DNA from: an uncultured Candidatus Peribacteria bacterium | Lineage (GTDB): Bacteria; Patescibacteriota; Gracilibacteria; RBG-16-42-10 | DNA length: 64,000 bases | NCBI GenBank assembly: GCA_964514565.1 | Contig: CAZERA010000001.1 | Location: 186,001-250,000 of the forward strand | Direction: 5' to 3' | Shown: piece after piece, positions 46,934-56,158 of the stretch | How the letters are laid out: every line of letters starts with the position of its first letter | How positions within the stretch are numbered: position 1 is the first letter of the stretch | The notes under the pieces: model-generated | What the model was told of the DNA's origin: nothing | Database searches by the model: none | Seen by the model: only the letters and a program-made list of their open reading frames with translations | Translations under genes and position numbers: made by a program

Positions 46934-47817
46934 AAAAAGCTATTGCTTTGGTTACGGCACAACTAGAAAAGTATCCCCAATCTTTATTAGTGATTGTGGG
47001 ACCTACTGCGTCAGGTAAAACTGCTTTAGCTTTGGCCCTGGCTAAGCAATTTTCCCTTGAAATTGTTTCAGCTGATTCTAGGCTGCTCTATCGAGGAATG
47101 GATATTGGGACTGCAAAACCGACTAATGATGAACGTAATCAGTGTATTCATCATTTTATCGACATCGCTGATCCTAATGAAGCTTTTTCTGCTGCTGATT
47201 TTCAAGTGAAAGCAATTGAAGTTATTAATGATATTTTGAAACGGGGAAAGACGCCTTTATTAGTGGGGGGGACGATGCTTTATATCGATGCCATTATTCA
47301 CAACTATCAGTGGCCTGAGGAAATAAAGGATGAATCATTGAAAGCTAAATGGAGGGCGAAGGAACTAGTTGAGTTACAAGATAGAGCAAATCAGTTGAGG
47401 CCAGATATGGATCAATGGATCGATACGAAGAATCCTGTCCGTTTGCAGCGGGTGCTGATGTATCATGAAGCGACTGGAAGATGGTTGTGGGAAGAACAAA
47501 GGAAGGGGACTGTGCTATGGCCCCATTTGGTGCTCGGACTCAACCCGGGTAAAGAAATTTTAACTGAAAGAATTACTGCCCGTGTAAAGCAACAATGGGA
47601 TGATGGTTTGGTAGCCGAAGTGAAGGAACTACTGAAGCAATACCCCCCAGAGACTGAATCATTTGCCGCTATTGGTTATCGCCAAGTGATTGAGTTTCTA
47701 GCTGGTCGATGTACTGAAAAAGAAGCGCAAGATCAAGTAATCAAAGATACCGTTGCTTATGCAAAGCGCCAGATGACTTGGTGGAAAAAGAATCAGGCAA
47801 TTAATTGGATTTCATAA
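46903..47817 (+). CDS. miaA: tRNA dimethylallyltransferase
   Basis: GPTASGKT, SADSR..YRGMDIGTAKP, VGGTMLY, AIGY, YAKRQMTW. Confidence 0.97.
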   Translation: MGTARSESSLEKAIALVTAQLEKYPQSLLVIVGPTASGKTALALALAKQFSLEIVSADSRLLYRGMDIGTAKPTNDERNQCIHHFIDIADPNEAFSAADFQVKAIEVINDILKRGKTPLLVGGTMLYIDAIIHNYQWPEEIKDESLKAKWRAKELVELQDRANQLRPDMDQWIDTKNPVRLQRVLMYHEATGRWLWEEQRKGTVLWPHLVLGLNPGKEILTERITARVKQQWDDGLVAEVKELLKQYPPETESFAAIGYRQVIEFLAGRCTEKEAQDQVIKDTVAYAKRQMTWWKKNQAINWIS

Positions 47818-47821
47818 ATCC

Positions 47822-48790
47822 TTACAGATTTGGAATGAAAAGCTTTGGAGTATCTTTTTCGGTCATTGTATTATCTGCTCTCCAAGCCCCCTCTCTATAA
47901 GCCAATAATGTGCTGGATCTCGCGTCAGTATCTAAAATGATAGCAGTTGGTGCTCTTGCTGTTGTGTAGATCGAACCCGCATTAGCTATAATGGCTTTTC
48001 TTGATCCGTCTTGTTTTTCCCAAGTGGTGTGCGATGGCAGGTGGGTATGACCTTGCACAATTGCCCACGCATTTGTTTGGTCCATGAGCCAAGTGTTGAA
48101 GGTAAACTCGGCAGGTGCTCCTGGGATGACTTTCTTTGTCTTAATGCTCTCCTCTACTTTGTCCTTGAAAGCACGTCGAGCAAACCAATCGTAACTGGCC
48201 AATTGTAGTTCGGGTGAAATACCAAACTTTTGAAGGATTCGCATAAAGTCCCAAACGAAGATCATGTTGTGGGCATGGTAGAGTTGCCGATCCGCACTGT
48301 ATTTACTGGGAACATCACGTTCTTTTTCTTCAAAGAAATCTAATAAAGCTTTGCTGTCGTTACCTTTATAAGTAGCTAAATAATCAGCAAGATTACCCTT
48401 TTTGACATCAGCGAGGTCACCGTGATGAAGAACTATCCCATCTTTTTCATCAACTAACATTGTGTTGTGAATCTGATGTCTAATTCCAGGAGTTAGTTCA
48501 CTCTCTAAAAGTTCATTTGTAAGGCTGGGTTCATGATTTCCACGTACAACTTGAATTGGTTTGCCAGTTTTAGTTTGGTAGTTGGTAAATGCAGCTAGTG
48601 TTTTTCCTATTTCTCGACGGATCATACCAAGATTTGCCACTGGTCCAAGCTCAACATAATCACCTATATGCAATACATCTGCATCTTCAGCAGCTGCATG
48701 ATCCAGAAATGTATTGATGGCATTCACTTGCTCCGTTGGTCTTTCTAGTTCACCAAAGTGTGTGTCAGGTAGAATATATTTCTTGGCCAT
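47822..48790 (-). CDS. calcineurin-like metallophosphoesterase
   Basis: DTH, GDYVE, RGNHE, HHGD, GHTH, NAGS motifs. Confidence 0.85.
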   Translation of the reverse strand: MAKKYILPDTHFGELERPTEQVNAINTFLDHAAAEDADVLHIGDYVELGPVANLGMIRREIGKTLAAFTNYQTKTGKPIQVVRGNHEPSLTNELLESELTPGIRHQIHNTMLVDEKDGIVLHHGDLADVKKGNLADYLATYKGNDSKALLDFFEEKERDVPSKYSADRQLYHAHNMIFVWDFMRILQKFGISPELQLASYDWFARRAFKDKVEESIKTKKVIPGAPAEFTFNTWLMDQTNAWAIVQGHTHLPSHTTWEKQDGSRKAIIANAGSIYTTARAPTAIILDTDARSSTLLAYREGAWRADNTMTEKDTPKLFIPNL

Positions 48791-48869
48791 AAATATAATG
48801 AAATTTTCGTATAATTATATCATAACAGGCGACGTGTTCCTATTATGAGGACATATAATACTATTCTGA

Positions 48870-50042
48870 CTAAGAACGTAAATACTGGCGACGTAGTGCT
48901 ATGATGGTTCTATTAAAAGGCTGTGGTTGTTTACTGATAGATGCATCTATTCCTTCAGGGATGTATCCTTGCCCCATTGCCCGTGTTAATGCTCTATTAA
49001 ATTTAGTTGAATCGCTTGCTAGTGCTTTTACTCTTTTATCATTGGTCAGGGCATTGATCACCAATCCATGAACATCTTTGGTGTTTTCAAATACTGCTTT
49101 GACTGTAGGCCAATCTAACTTATGACTGAATAGAGTTAATGCTAATAGGTCTGGTTCAGTGACATTAGCTTTTGTTTGCGTCACAAGAGGCGATTCAGCG
49201 ATACATGTTGTAATCTGTTCTTCTCCGTTAGACTCCAGAGCACCCCAGAAGGCAGATTGAAGATATTTTCTCCATTGCGTATCTACTTCTTGCTCAATTA
49301 GATCCATCTTTAGTTTTGGATGATAGCTCCAACGTCCCAAAGCCAATAATTGAGCTTCGATTGTCGCGTCATTTGTAAGATCAAATAAAGCATCTAAAGC
49401 ATTTATTGCTGCTGCTGGTAATTCTGATCCGGGGTATTGTAACTGTTCAATTACTTGTTCTTTCCATCTGGTAGGAATTACACTGGCAAGAGTTGCCTGC
49501 CACAATGAAAAAGCAATACTTACACCAGCTGTATCATGTTTAGTAAGTATTTCATTCGCCCAGAAACGCGTGATAGGTGAGCTCGTTGCTGCTCGGGTAG
49601 GATCGCCTTGGTTCAATGATCTTACTATTTCACCACTAGCGCTTCTGGCTGCTAAAAGTAGGTAGTCCAAGAGTTCAGAGTAAACTTTTTTACTTACTAG
49701 TCTAACTCCTTGTCTCAACTTAGGAGATGTATTGTCGGTTTGGGCCAATCTTTCTGCAGAGAGTACAAATTGTGGTGGTACTTCAATGCTTACTTCCGGT
49801 TTTCTCGTGAAATTATCACGCTCCCAAACTGCCAGTAGTTTTTGGCGAATAGCAGCCTGTATTTTAATAGGATCATATGGCTGAGGTTCTGGATTTGGTA
49901 ATTCGTGCCACAGTTTCGCTAGTTGATCTAATACTCGGACTAGACCTGTTCGTGTTTGGTCATGCAAAAGCTCATACTTTTTCCCTATCTCAGTAACCAA
50001 GTGTTCTACTGTATCTGAATTATTGACAGCTACTAAATGCAT
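48870..50042 (-). CDS. hypothetical protein (helical ORFan)
   Basis: 390-codon ORF; no recognised motif. Confidence 0.7.
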   Translation of the reverse strand: MHLVAVNNSDTVEHLVTEIGKKYELLHDQTRTGLVRVLDQLAKLWHELPNPEPQPYDPIKIQAAIRQKLLAVWERDNFTRKPEVSIEVPPQFVLSAERLAQTDNTSPKLRQGVRLVSKKVYSELLDYLLLAARSASGEIVRSLNQGDPTRAATSSPITRFWANEILTKHDTAGVSIAFSLWQATLASVIPTRWKEQVIEQLQYPGSELPAAAINALDALFDLTNDATIEAQLLALGRWSYHPKLKMDLIEQEVDTQWRKYLQSAFWGALESNGEEQITTCIAESPLVTQTKANVTEPDLLALTLFSHKLDWPTVKAVFENTKDVHGLVINALTNDKRVKALASDSTKFNRALTRAMGQGYIPEGIDASISKQPQPFNRTIIALRRQYLRS

Positions 50043-50090
50043 GCATGCTCGTTTAGATGAGAATGCATATTAGCTAAATCAGTTGATATT

Positions 50091-50639
50091 TCAATCTTGT
50101 TTCGCTGTTTTATTGCCGAATAGAAAGAAGCCAATTATTAAGGCTACTATTACGCCACTAAAGTTCATCACGATATCCAACATAGTATCTGCATAGTAGA
50201 GGCCCAGTCTCGTATCCGTCAGATTTTGCCTCAAGCTAAATTCAATTATCTCAATCACATTTCCTAAGGTAATTGTCACACATCCTAACACTAATAATAA
50301 CCATTTCTTGGCGATCACTTTTTGGTATTGATAAAACAATGGCAATAAGATAATAGTGATGCTAAATGCCCAGAAGAAATGCTCAAAACGGTTCAGCCAA
50401 AACCATGAGTAGGCGATTACATTATTTTCAATCATATATTTGATCACACTAGCTATCAGGGGGTAAGCATAGGTGACTATATGAAAAAGCTTGTTGAGAC
50501 CACTAGGCAACAACTTTGCTTTCTTTTGCAAAAGGACTACCAGGCCGATCCATACGATCAGCATGAAAGTCCAGTTGGAAAAAATAAACAAAGAAAAAAT
50601 GATCAGACCAACAAAATACAAATAAGCTAAATAGCGCAT
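50091..50639 (-). CDS. integral membrane protein (DUF2238/VanZ-like H..E..D pattern)
   Basis: Multiple TM segments; RFEHF, EIIEF, DTMLDIVMN. Confidence 0.7.
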   Translation of the reverse strand: MRYLAYLYFVGLIIFSLFIFSNWTFMLIVWIGLVVLLQKKAKLLPSGLNKLFHIVTYAYPLIASVIKYMIENNVIAYSWFWLNRFEHFFWAFSITIILLPLFYQYQKVIAKKWLLLVLGCVTITLGNVIEIIEFSLRQNLTDTRLGLYYADTMLDIVMNFSGVIVALIIGFFLFGNKTAKQD

Positions 50640-50647
50640 TGGTGATT

Positions 50648-50968
50648 TTACAGAAGACTATCAATAGTAGCCTTGAGTTTGCTTGCTTGTTGTAAACCAA
50701 TCATAGAGTCGCCTACTTGTTTGCCATCTTTGAAGATGATCAAAGTAGGAATACTCATGATATCAAACTTCTGCCCAGTGAGAGGGCTATTGTCTACATC
50801 CATCTTGCCAATCTTGGCTTTGCCAGCATATTCTTCAGCTAATTTCTCAATAATTGGGCCTTGTTGTTTACATGGACCACACCACTCAGCATAAAAGTCT
50901 ACGACTACTACACCTTTGCTTTGCTCTACTTCAGAAGCAAAATTTTCATCAGTGAAATGCATTTCCAT
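50648..50968 (-). CDS. trxA: thioredoxin
   Basis: VDFYAEWCGPCK, SIPTL. Confidence 0.97.
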   Translation of the reverse strand: MEMHFTDENFASEVEQSKGVVVVDFYAEWCGPCKQQGPIIEKLAEEYAGKAKIGKMDVDNSPLTGQKFDIMSIPTLIIFKDGKQVGDSMIGLQQASKLKATIDSLL

Positions 50969-51074
50969 AAATCAATATTAATTGCTTGTCCACTATACAC
51001 TATTCATCTTTACAATCACAAATTCCTATAGCTTGGTTTCCTATGCTAAACTAATCATGTCCCTAACTATCTTT

Positions 51075-51746
51075 ATGATTCTTTCTCGTCTCAAAATGGT
51101 AGCGCCTTTGGCTGCTACTGTGATCCTGGCCGGTTGTGGTGCTGTGGCTGTCCCTCCACCACCTCCAGCAGCGATGATGCCTATCACTACTGCTATGCCT
51201 GGTACAAATCTACTCAATCCATTGACTGGGATGGTACCAAATAGTGATGTGGGTGATGCGCTCAAAGGTCTCGGTGCTTTATCTCAACTCGGTACAGCTA
51301 TGGATGCTCAAGGTAATCTCAAAGATCCAAATGCAATGAACAACTTTGTCAGCAATTTGGATCAAATCCAGAAAGATATGTCTGCTCGTGAGTATGCTCA
51401 GAAAGAAGCAGTAGACTTTCCGAGTGATGCACCTGCGGCACTGAAGAGTTTTGAATATACTGGTGGCAAGCTAGTCAATGCTACTTATGAATCTATGGAG
51501 CCAGTAGATTTACGTTTAGTCTACGACACTATGGATACCATCAAGACTATTGGTGACTTCTACAAGAACGTTTCCAAAAATCTACCAGCTGGTTGGAAAG
51601 TAGTCAGCCAAAGTGCTGGTGCTACTGATGGCAGTGTAGAAGTACAAATGAAACAGGGGACACGTGAAGATCGTGTGGCTACTCGTTGGGAGATGAACAA
51701 CGGTATTGCTGAAATTCATATTCGTTCTTGGACTTATTCACAATAG
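51075..51746 (+). CDS. putative lipoprotein (start placed at MILSRLK)
   Basis: Lipobox LAGC after a basic/hydrophobic leader, poly-Pro linker; extended -10 TGCTAAACT at 51044-51052. Confidence 0.75.
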   Translation: MILSRLKMVAPLAATVILAGCGAVAVPPPPPAAMMPITTAMPGTNLLNPLTGMVPNSDVGDALKGLGALSQLGTAMDAQGNLKDPNAMNNFVSNLDQIQKDMSAREYAQKEAVDFPSDAPAALKSFEYTGGKLVNATYESMEPVDLRLVYDTMDTIKTIGDFYKNVSKNLPAGWKVVSQSAGATDGSVEVQMKQGTREDRVATRWEMNNGIAEIHIRSWTYSQ

Positions 51747-51756
51747 TTTCTTATCT

Positions 51757-51794
51757 AAAAAGAACCCCTTCTCAATCGAGTCGGGGTTCTTTTT
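51757..51794. terminator. bidirectional intrinsic terminator
   Basis: aaaaagaacccc...ggggttcttttt between convergent genes. Confidence 0.9.
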
Positions 51795-51812
51795 GATTGT
51801 GCTGATTGTGAA

Positions 51813-52727
51813 TTACGCAGAAGGAGAAGTCACTGGAGCAACAGGAGTTGCAGTTGTGACGGGATGAGCAATTGACTGCCAGTATTGATAGACACAGAGA
51901 GTTATGAACCCAGTAGTGAGACCAGTACTGATTGATTGGAAAAGTACCAATACAATATTGTAGAGAGAGAAAGCATTGTAGCTAACCATTCGTGCAGCAT
52001 TGTAAGACCATGGTGTGCCGAATATACCAGCGATACCTGCACCGACATTGGTGATGATTGCAGCAGCAATACCTGCTACCAAACCATATACGATCATATT
52101 GATTACGATATCTCCCCAGCGTCCGTTGCTGAGTTGGACTGAAGTAGTCATAGCATCTTTGCCAGACTTTTGATCACAGATACCGATATAAGGCGCAAAT
52201 ACTACCTGCACACCACGCCAGATTGCCATTACAAGCAATGCTAGCATTGAGAGAGAGCTAACTAAACCTCCCAATGAGTTCATACCTACTAGCACTAGCA
52301 ACACACCAACAAGAATACCAACTACTGGCCAGAGAGCCACATATACAAAGACTGACCAAACGATACTGATGTAACGGCCCATGTTTTTGAGTGCAAATTG
52401 AATTAAGCTACTCAATTCAGGCTTCTGATCACGATGAACCATAGCACTGGCTTGGAGAGGAACGATAGCACTAACTAAACTGGCAATAATATTAACTACA
52501 GTAGCGATCACAATACCGATACCAACTGTTGCTGCCATAGCACCAAAATTGTACATACTGCCGGTGGTGACCAAACTTACGATGCCCAAACTAGACAAAA
52601 TCGCCAGAACAATACCGGCAACGAAATAAACAATCACAGGGAAAAGCACAAACACCTGCCAGTTTTTGACTGCTAACTGAGCAGCTTGTTGCATACGGCC
52701 AGGAATAGTGGTCTGAATAGGAAGCAT
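51813..52727 (-). CDS. multi-pass membrane protein
   Basis: About six TM helices; A...S.QLS.GRW pattern common in uncharacterised membrane proteins. Confidence 0.8.
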   Translation of the reverse strand: MLPIQTTIPGRMQQAAQLAVKNWQVFVLFPVIVYFVAGIVLAILSSLGIVSLVTTGSMYNFGAMAATVGIGIVIATVVNIIASLVSAIVPLQASAMVHRDQKPELSSLIQFALKNMGRYISIVWSVFVYVALWPVVGILVGVLLVLVGMNSLGGLVSSLSMLALLVMAIWRGVQVVFAPYIGICDQKSGKDAMTTSVQLSNGRWGDIVINMIVYGLVAGIAAAIITNVGAGIAGIFGTPWSYNAARMVSYNAFSLYNIVLVLFQSISTGLTTGFITLCVYQYWQSIAHPVTTATPVAPVTSPSA

Positions 52728-52833
52728 AGATAAGTAAATGAATCACAGGAGTAGTAGCATATCTGCACACTCCTGCAATTTCTTACAGATGCCTCAGCTG
52801 GCTTAAACGTATGTTTGTGTTGTAGTATGGTGG

Positions 52834-53826
52834 CTATTTCTCTCCTTTTCCAGCTATGTCTTTCAGTACGCCACCTAAGGTTTGCTCTGGTGTTTCTGAA
52901 AGAGTTCTTAACAGCTCAAAATGATGATAGACGAATAAACCGGGCCTTTGTTCCAAGTGCACTAAAATGATTCTTAATTGGGTGGAAATAGCTTTTAGAC
53001 TCGTTAAAGTGTTGTCTATGATTGTCTCTTCAATCGGTTTTTGTGCACCTGAGCTAGGTAGGTCTGTTGTAGGAGCTATAGATTTCCTTTCAAAATAGGC
53101 GAGAAGAACTTTGAGTTTATTGATGATTCCTGCAATTAAAGCTGTGTACCATTCACGCTCACTTTCTTGTGGGGTCACTATTAATTCACTAGATAATGCC
53201 TTCTGACTCTTGACCACTTCATTCAGTTTAGTAGCAATAGCTACTGTGTTTTTCAAATTAGAACTAACAGTTAATTCGATCATTTCAATTGAAGCCTCCG
53301 GTGTAAGCAGGTTCACTTCACCAAATGCTTTGCCTTTGGCAATTTTTTTAGCCCCAGAGAGTTTAGTATAACGAGATACAACTTTTATTACTGTTTCTAA
53401 AACATTAATCACTTCTTTAATCTTGCGATCTGGCGCTAGCGTCGAAACTTCATTAATCGCATGTCTCGTCGCGCTGACTAAACTAGCCATGCCTAAAATA
53501 TAGTCATATTCCATTATCAATGACTCTAGTGTTCTTTTAGAAGAAAACTCTTCAAACATCTTTTGAATTTGCTCATCAGCAGTTGTTATGCCTAGCAATT
53601 GCCTACTGCGTTGAATAGAAATCTCTCGTCTTTCAGCATCACGAAAGAGAGCATATAAATGGTTCCTTAGCGCCTCGGGTACATTACCCATTGCTGTTTC
53701 TCTAGCTTGAGCAGCTAAGAATCTGTCCTGTTTTATTACCTCAATAAGTTCTGTGTCATCAGTCAAAGCATAAATATAGTCTCTCGGTCCTGATATTTGA
53801 GGTGCCTGCCTTTTTCGATCGCTCAT
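52834..53826 (-). CDS. hypothetical protein (helical ORFan)
   Basis: 330-codon ORF; no recognised motif. Confidence 0.7.
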   Translation of the reverse strand: MSDRKRQAPQISGPRDYIYALTDDTELIEVIKQDRFLAAQARETAMGNVPEALRNHLYALFRDAERREISIQRSRQLLGITTADEQIQKMFEEFSSKRTLESLIMEYDYILGMASLVSATRHAINEVSTLAPDRKIKEVINVLETVIKVVSRYTKLSGAKKIAKGKAFGEVNLLTPEASIEMIELTVSSNLKNTVAIATKLNEVVKSQKALSSELIVTPQESEREWYTALIAGIINKLKVLLAYFERKSIAPTTDLPSSGAQKPIEETIIDNTLTSLKAISTQLRIILVHLEQRPGLFVYHHFELLRTLSETPEQTLGGVLKDIAGKGEK

Positions 53827-53870
53827 TTCTTTATTTAATTAGAAAACGGAAGATAAATTTACAACAAATA

Positions 53871-53900
53871 TTTACATCTATCAATGGTGTGTACTATAAT
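53871..53900 (+). promoter_or_regulatory. promoter for two small ORFans
   Basis: TTTACA-18 nt-TATAAT. Confidence 0.6.
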
Positions 53901-53923
53901 GCATATGAAAAGTAACCATTTTT

Positions 53924-54172
53924 ATGGAGAATTTAGAATTTCATCCCTTACAAGGTGTGATCATGGGACCAGAACAAACGATGGCTGCGCATCTCAAATT
54001 GGCTGAACAAGATGGTACAGAACGAAAATCTTTAGCTCGTTTATTAGCATTAGATGACATGATTGATACATCTATTGCTACAAGATGGTCTGTTCCTGCA
54101 AGACAACGTACAGTGACTAGATCAACTGTTGGTGGTACTAACAGTGTTATCCAAAGTAAAAAGGTAGCTTAA
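53924..54172 (+). CDS. small hypothetical protein
   Basis: 82 aa, downstream of a promoter, host-like T/A-ending codons. Confidence 0.6.
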   Translation: MENLEFHPLQGVIMGPEQTMAAHLKLAEQDGTERKSLARLLALDDMIDTSIATRWSVPARQRTVTRSTVGGTNSVIQSKKVA

Positions 54173-54179
54173 TTGTTTT

Positions 54180-54389
54180 ATGCAACTAGGAGAAAATCCA
54201 TTAATACGTGATGCTGGAGTAGTTGATTTGCGAGATATTGTTGCTGGTGCTACTTATAAAGCTGAGCTTGAGGGTCCTGAAGCAGTAGCCGTACAGCGTG
54301 CAAGTATTGATGAAATTCTGGCAATGTTTAATCAAGATTATACCCGTGTTACCTCTTTTGCAGCAGAGGCTGCAACGCTAGATGGCTAG
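54180..54389 (+). CDS. small hypothetical protein
   Basis: 69 aa, 7 nt after the previous ORF, followed by a terminator. Confidence 0.6.
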   Translation: MQLGENPLIRDAGVVDLRDIVAGATYKAELEGPEAVAVQRASIDEILAMFNQDYTRVTSFAAEAATLDG

Positions 54390-54466
54390 TAAGCCAGTCA
54401 GGCTGTTACAACTTCAAATATTAGTGTAGTAAAAGAGTAAAAGCTGCATAATTAGTGTTCTTTAGT

Positions 54467-54504
54467 AAAAAGCAGATGAATCCTTAAGGACATCTGCTTT
54501 TTTT
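54467..54504. terminator. bidirectional intrinsic terminator
   Basis: aaaaagcagatg-aatccttaagga-catctgcttttttt. Confidence 0.88.
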
Positions 54505-54536
54505 GTGAGATTGATCAATGCTCTATCCAGGCTTGT

Positions 54537-54642
54537 ACCAATCCTTATCCTTCGAGTACCGAAAAGATGCTCATCAGGCAAAGTAAGGATGAGGATGATG
54601 AGTAGGATAAGACACGTCATACCGCTGACGCGGTACTCGTAT
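54537..54642. ncRNA. candidate structured RNA element abutting the tRNA 3' end
   Basis: Stems 54553-61/54631-39 (9 bp), 54569-76/54596-603, 54615-19/54626-30, and an alternative 12-bp stem 54541-52/54585-96. Confidence 0.35.
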
Positions 54643-54719
54643 TGGTGTATCCGAGAGGATTCGAACCTCTGGCCTCAACCTCCGCAGGGTTGCGCTCTAT
54701 CCAGCTGAGCTACGGATAC
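54643..54719 (-). tRNA. tRNA-Arg, anticodon GCG, encoded CCA
   Basis: Cloverleaf GTATCCG TA GCTC AGCTGGATA GAGC G CAACC CTGCGGA GGTTG AGGCC AGAGG TTCGAAT CCTCT CGGATAC A CCA. Confidence 0.97.
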
Positions 54720-54740
54720 ATATCAAAAAAGCACATGCCC

Positions 54741-54768
54741 AGAATACTGGAATTCTTTTGATAGTCAA
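54741..54768 (-). promoter_or_regulatory. putative tRNA promoter
   Basis: Minus strand TTGACT-16 nt-TATTCT. Confidence 0.5.
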
Positions 54769-54878
54769 CATAATGATAGTTTTATTAAAACTTGATGAAT
54801 GTTCATCTGGTTTTAATGTATAGCTACTAGGTAAATCACTCACGAGTAGATACTGTCGACTATAGCCTAACTAGCATC

Positions 54879-56156
54879 ATGTACGACTATTGTATCCTGG
54901 GTGGCGGAATTGTCGGAAAGTATCTTGCTCATTTATTGCAGGGCAAGAACATTGCATGGGTCAGTGGTCACAATCCACTCCTCACCAGCTCTGAGTCATA
55001 TCAGCTGGGATCTTATTTAGGTAAGCAAGATACCTGGCAAGAGAAGGCGACTGGTCTAATTTCATTTCCTGCAGCCGCAGATATCGCTACATTTCCTTTT
55101 TCATTGGAGGCTTATCAAAGCTATCAACATGAACTAATAGCCTCGTTGGCATTGAGGCACCTTCAGTCTTTGGGGAGTAAACCAACGTACCTACCTTTTA
55201 CGCAAGCTATCAGTAAACAATTTCCTGGAGCAGCATTGCAGTATTTCTGGAGTGGGCATACGCAATTAGAAGGGCCAAGTTTCGAAAATAGAGAACCATA
55301 TGAATATTATTGGCAAACTCAAAAACCACAGTGGGATTTTTTGGTTGGTAAGCCTGACTACTTACAAGCAGACTTTTTGAATGTGAATCGAAATGAGGCC
55401 GAGGCATTGGTGGGTCGGGACGAGAATGGCCAGCAGAAGGTAATCAAAGCACGCCATTTTATTCTTGCCTGTCATACTCCGGGCAATATTGCTTTGGTTC
55501 AGAACACCTTTGCTAAGCATCGGATGTTTACTGAACATATGGCTGCTGTGGGCCAATACTTCTCTGACCACTTACAATTGTCCTTTGGTTTCTTGGCTCC
55601 AGATCTGGAGATCCCTCGTACTAGTCTGGCTAGTATCTGTTTTCAAGATCGAGAAGTAGATGGATTGCGATTTCGATTGGAATTTCACAATGCTCCGCCT
55701 AGGGAAAACCTGATCCAGACTTGCTTGAGTAGGATGACTCAGTACAGTCAAGCAGATTTTTTTCATCATTTCATTCGTATTGTAGCTATAGCTGAATTCT
55801 CTCCTATGGCAAAATCCCAGTTATTTCTACAGAGCGGCGGCAGATACTCTATGAGTAAACAGTTCATTGCTACTATGCATCACTTGAGGGCCAAGCTAGA
55901 CACCTACTTAATGAAAGAGCTCTTTGCTCAGCTTCCCTGGTTTATGCTCAACCGACACCGCTCTATGTATTATGGTGGGCATTTAATTGGTGGGCTTAGC
56001 TTCCCAGGTGTTTTGAATGACAAGTTGGCTATGCATGATTTTCCCAATGTCAGTGTCGCAGGTAGCTGCTCTTGGCAAAGCGGTGGCTTGTTCAATCCTA
56101 CTTTCACTAGCTTGGTCTTTGCTAAGCATCTAGCAGCATCTTTACCCTGCTACTAA
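54879..56156 (+). CDS. divergent GMC-family FAD oxidoreductase
   Basis: ILGGGIVG Rossmann motif; VGQYFSDH; GH..GG; C-terminal PNVSVAGS.....G..NPTFT (His/Asn pair). Confidence 0.75.
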   Translation: MYDYCILGGGIVGKYLAHLLQGKNIAWVSGHNPLLTSSESYQLGSYLGKQDTWQEKATGLISFPAAADIATFPFSLEAYQSYQHELIASLALRHLQSLGSKPTYLPFTQAISKQFPGAALQYFWSGHTQLEGPSFENREPYEYYWQTQKPQWDFLVGKPDYLQADFLNVNRNEAEALVGRDENGQQKVIKARHFILACHTPGNIALVQNTFAKHRMFTEHMAAVGQYFSDHLQLSFGFLAPDLEIPRTSLASICFQDREVDGLRFRLEFHNAPPRENLIQTCLSRMTQYSQADFFHHFIRIVAIAEFSPMAKSQLFLQSGGRYSMSKQFIATMHHLRAKLDTYLMKELFAQLPWFMLNRHRSMYYGGHLIGGLSFPGVLNDKLAMHDFPNVSVAGSCSWQSGGLFNPTFTSLVFAKHLAASLPCY

Positions 56157-56158
56157 TT

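Noticed and set aside
47822..48790. Metallophosphoesterase as the missing SbcD
   Set aside because: 4 kb from sbcC; lacks the SbcD-type GDLFD/GNHD context and C-terminal domain
54520..54530. 11-nt tRNA duplicate as a prophage/island att site
   Set aside because: It copies the D-arm rather than the 3' end, lies only ~170 nt away, and no integrase is present in the window
54547..54577. CTGATGAG...CTCGAA on the minus strand resembling a hammerhead ribozyme core
   Set aside because: No GAAA after a proper stem II and no matching stems I/III that I could build
54505..54708. 67-aa plus-strand ORF
   Set aside because: Runs antisense through the tRNA; no start context
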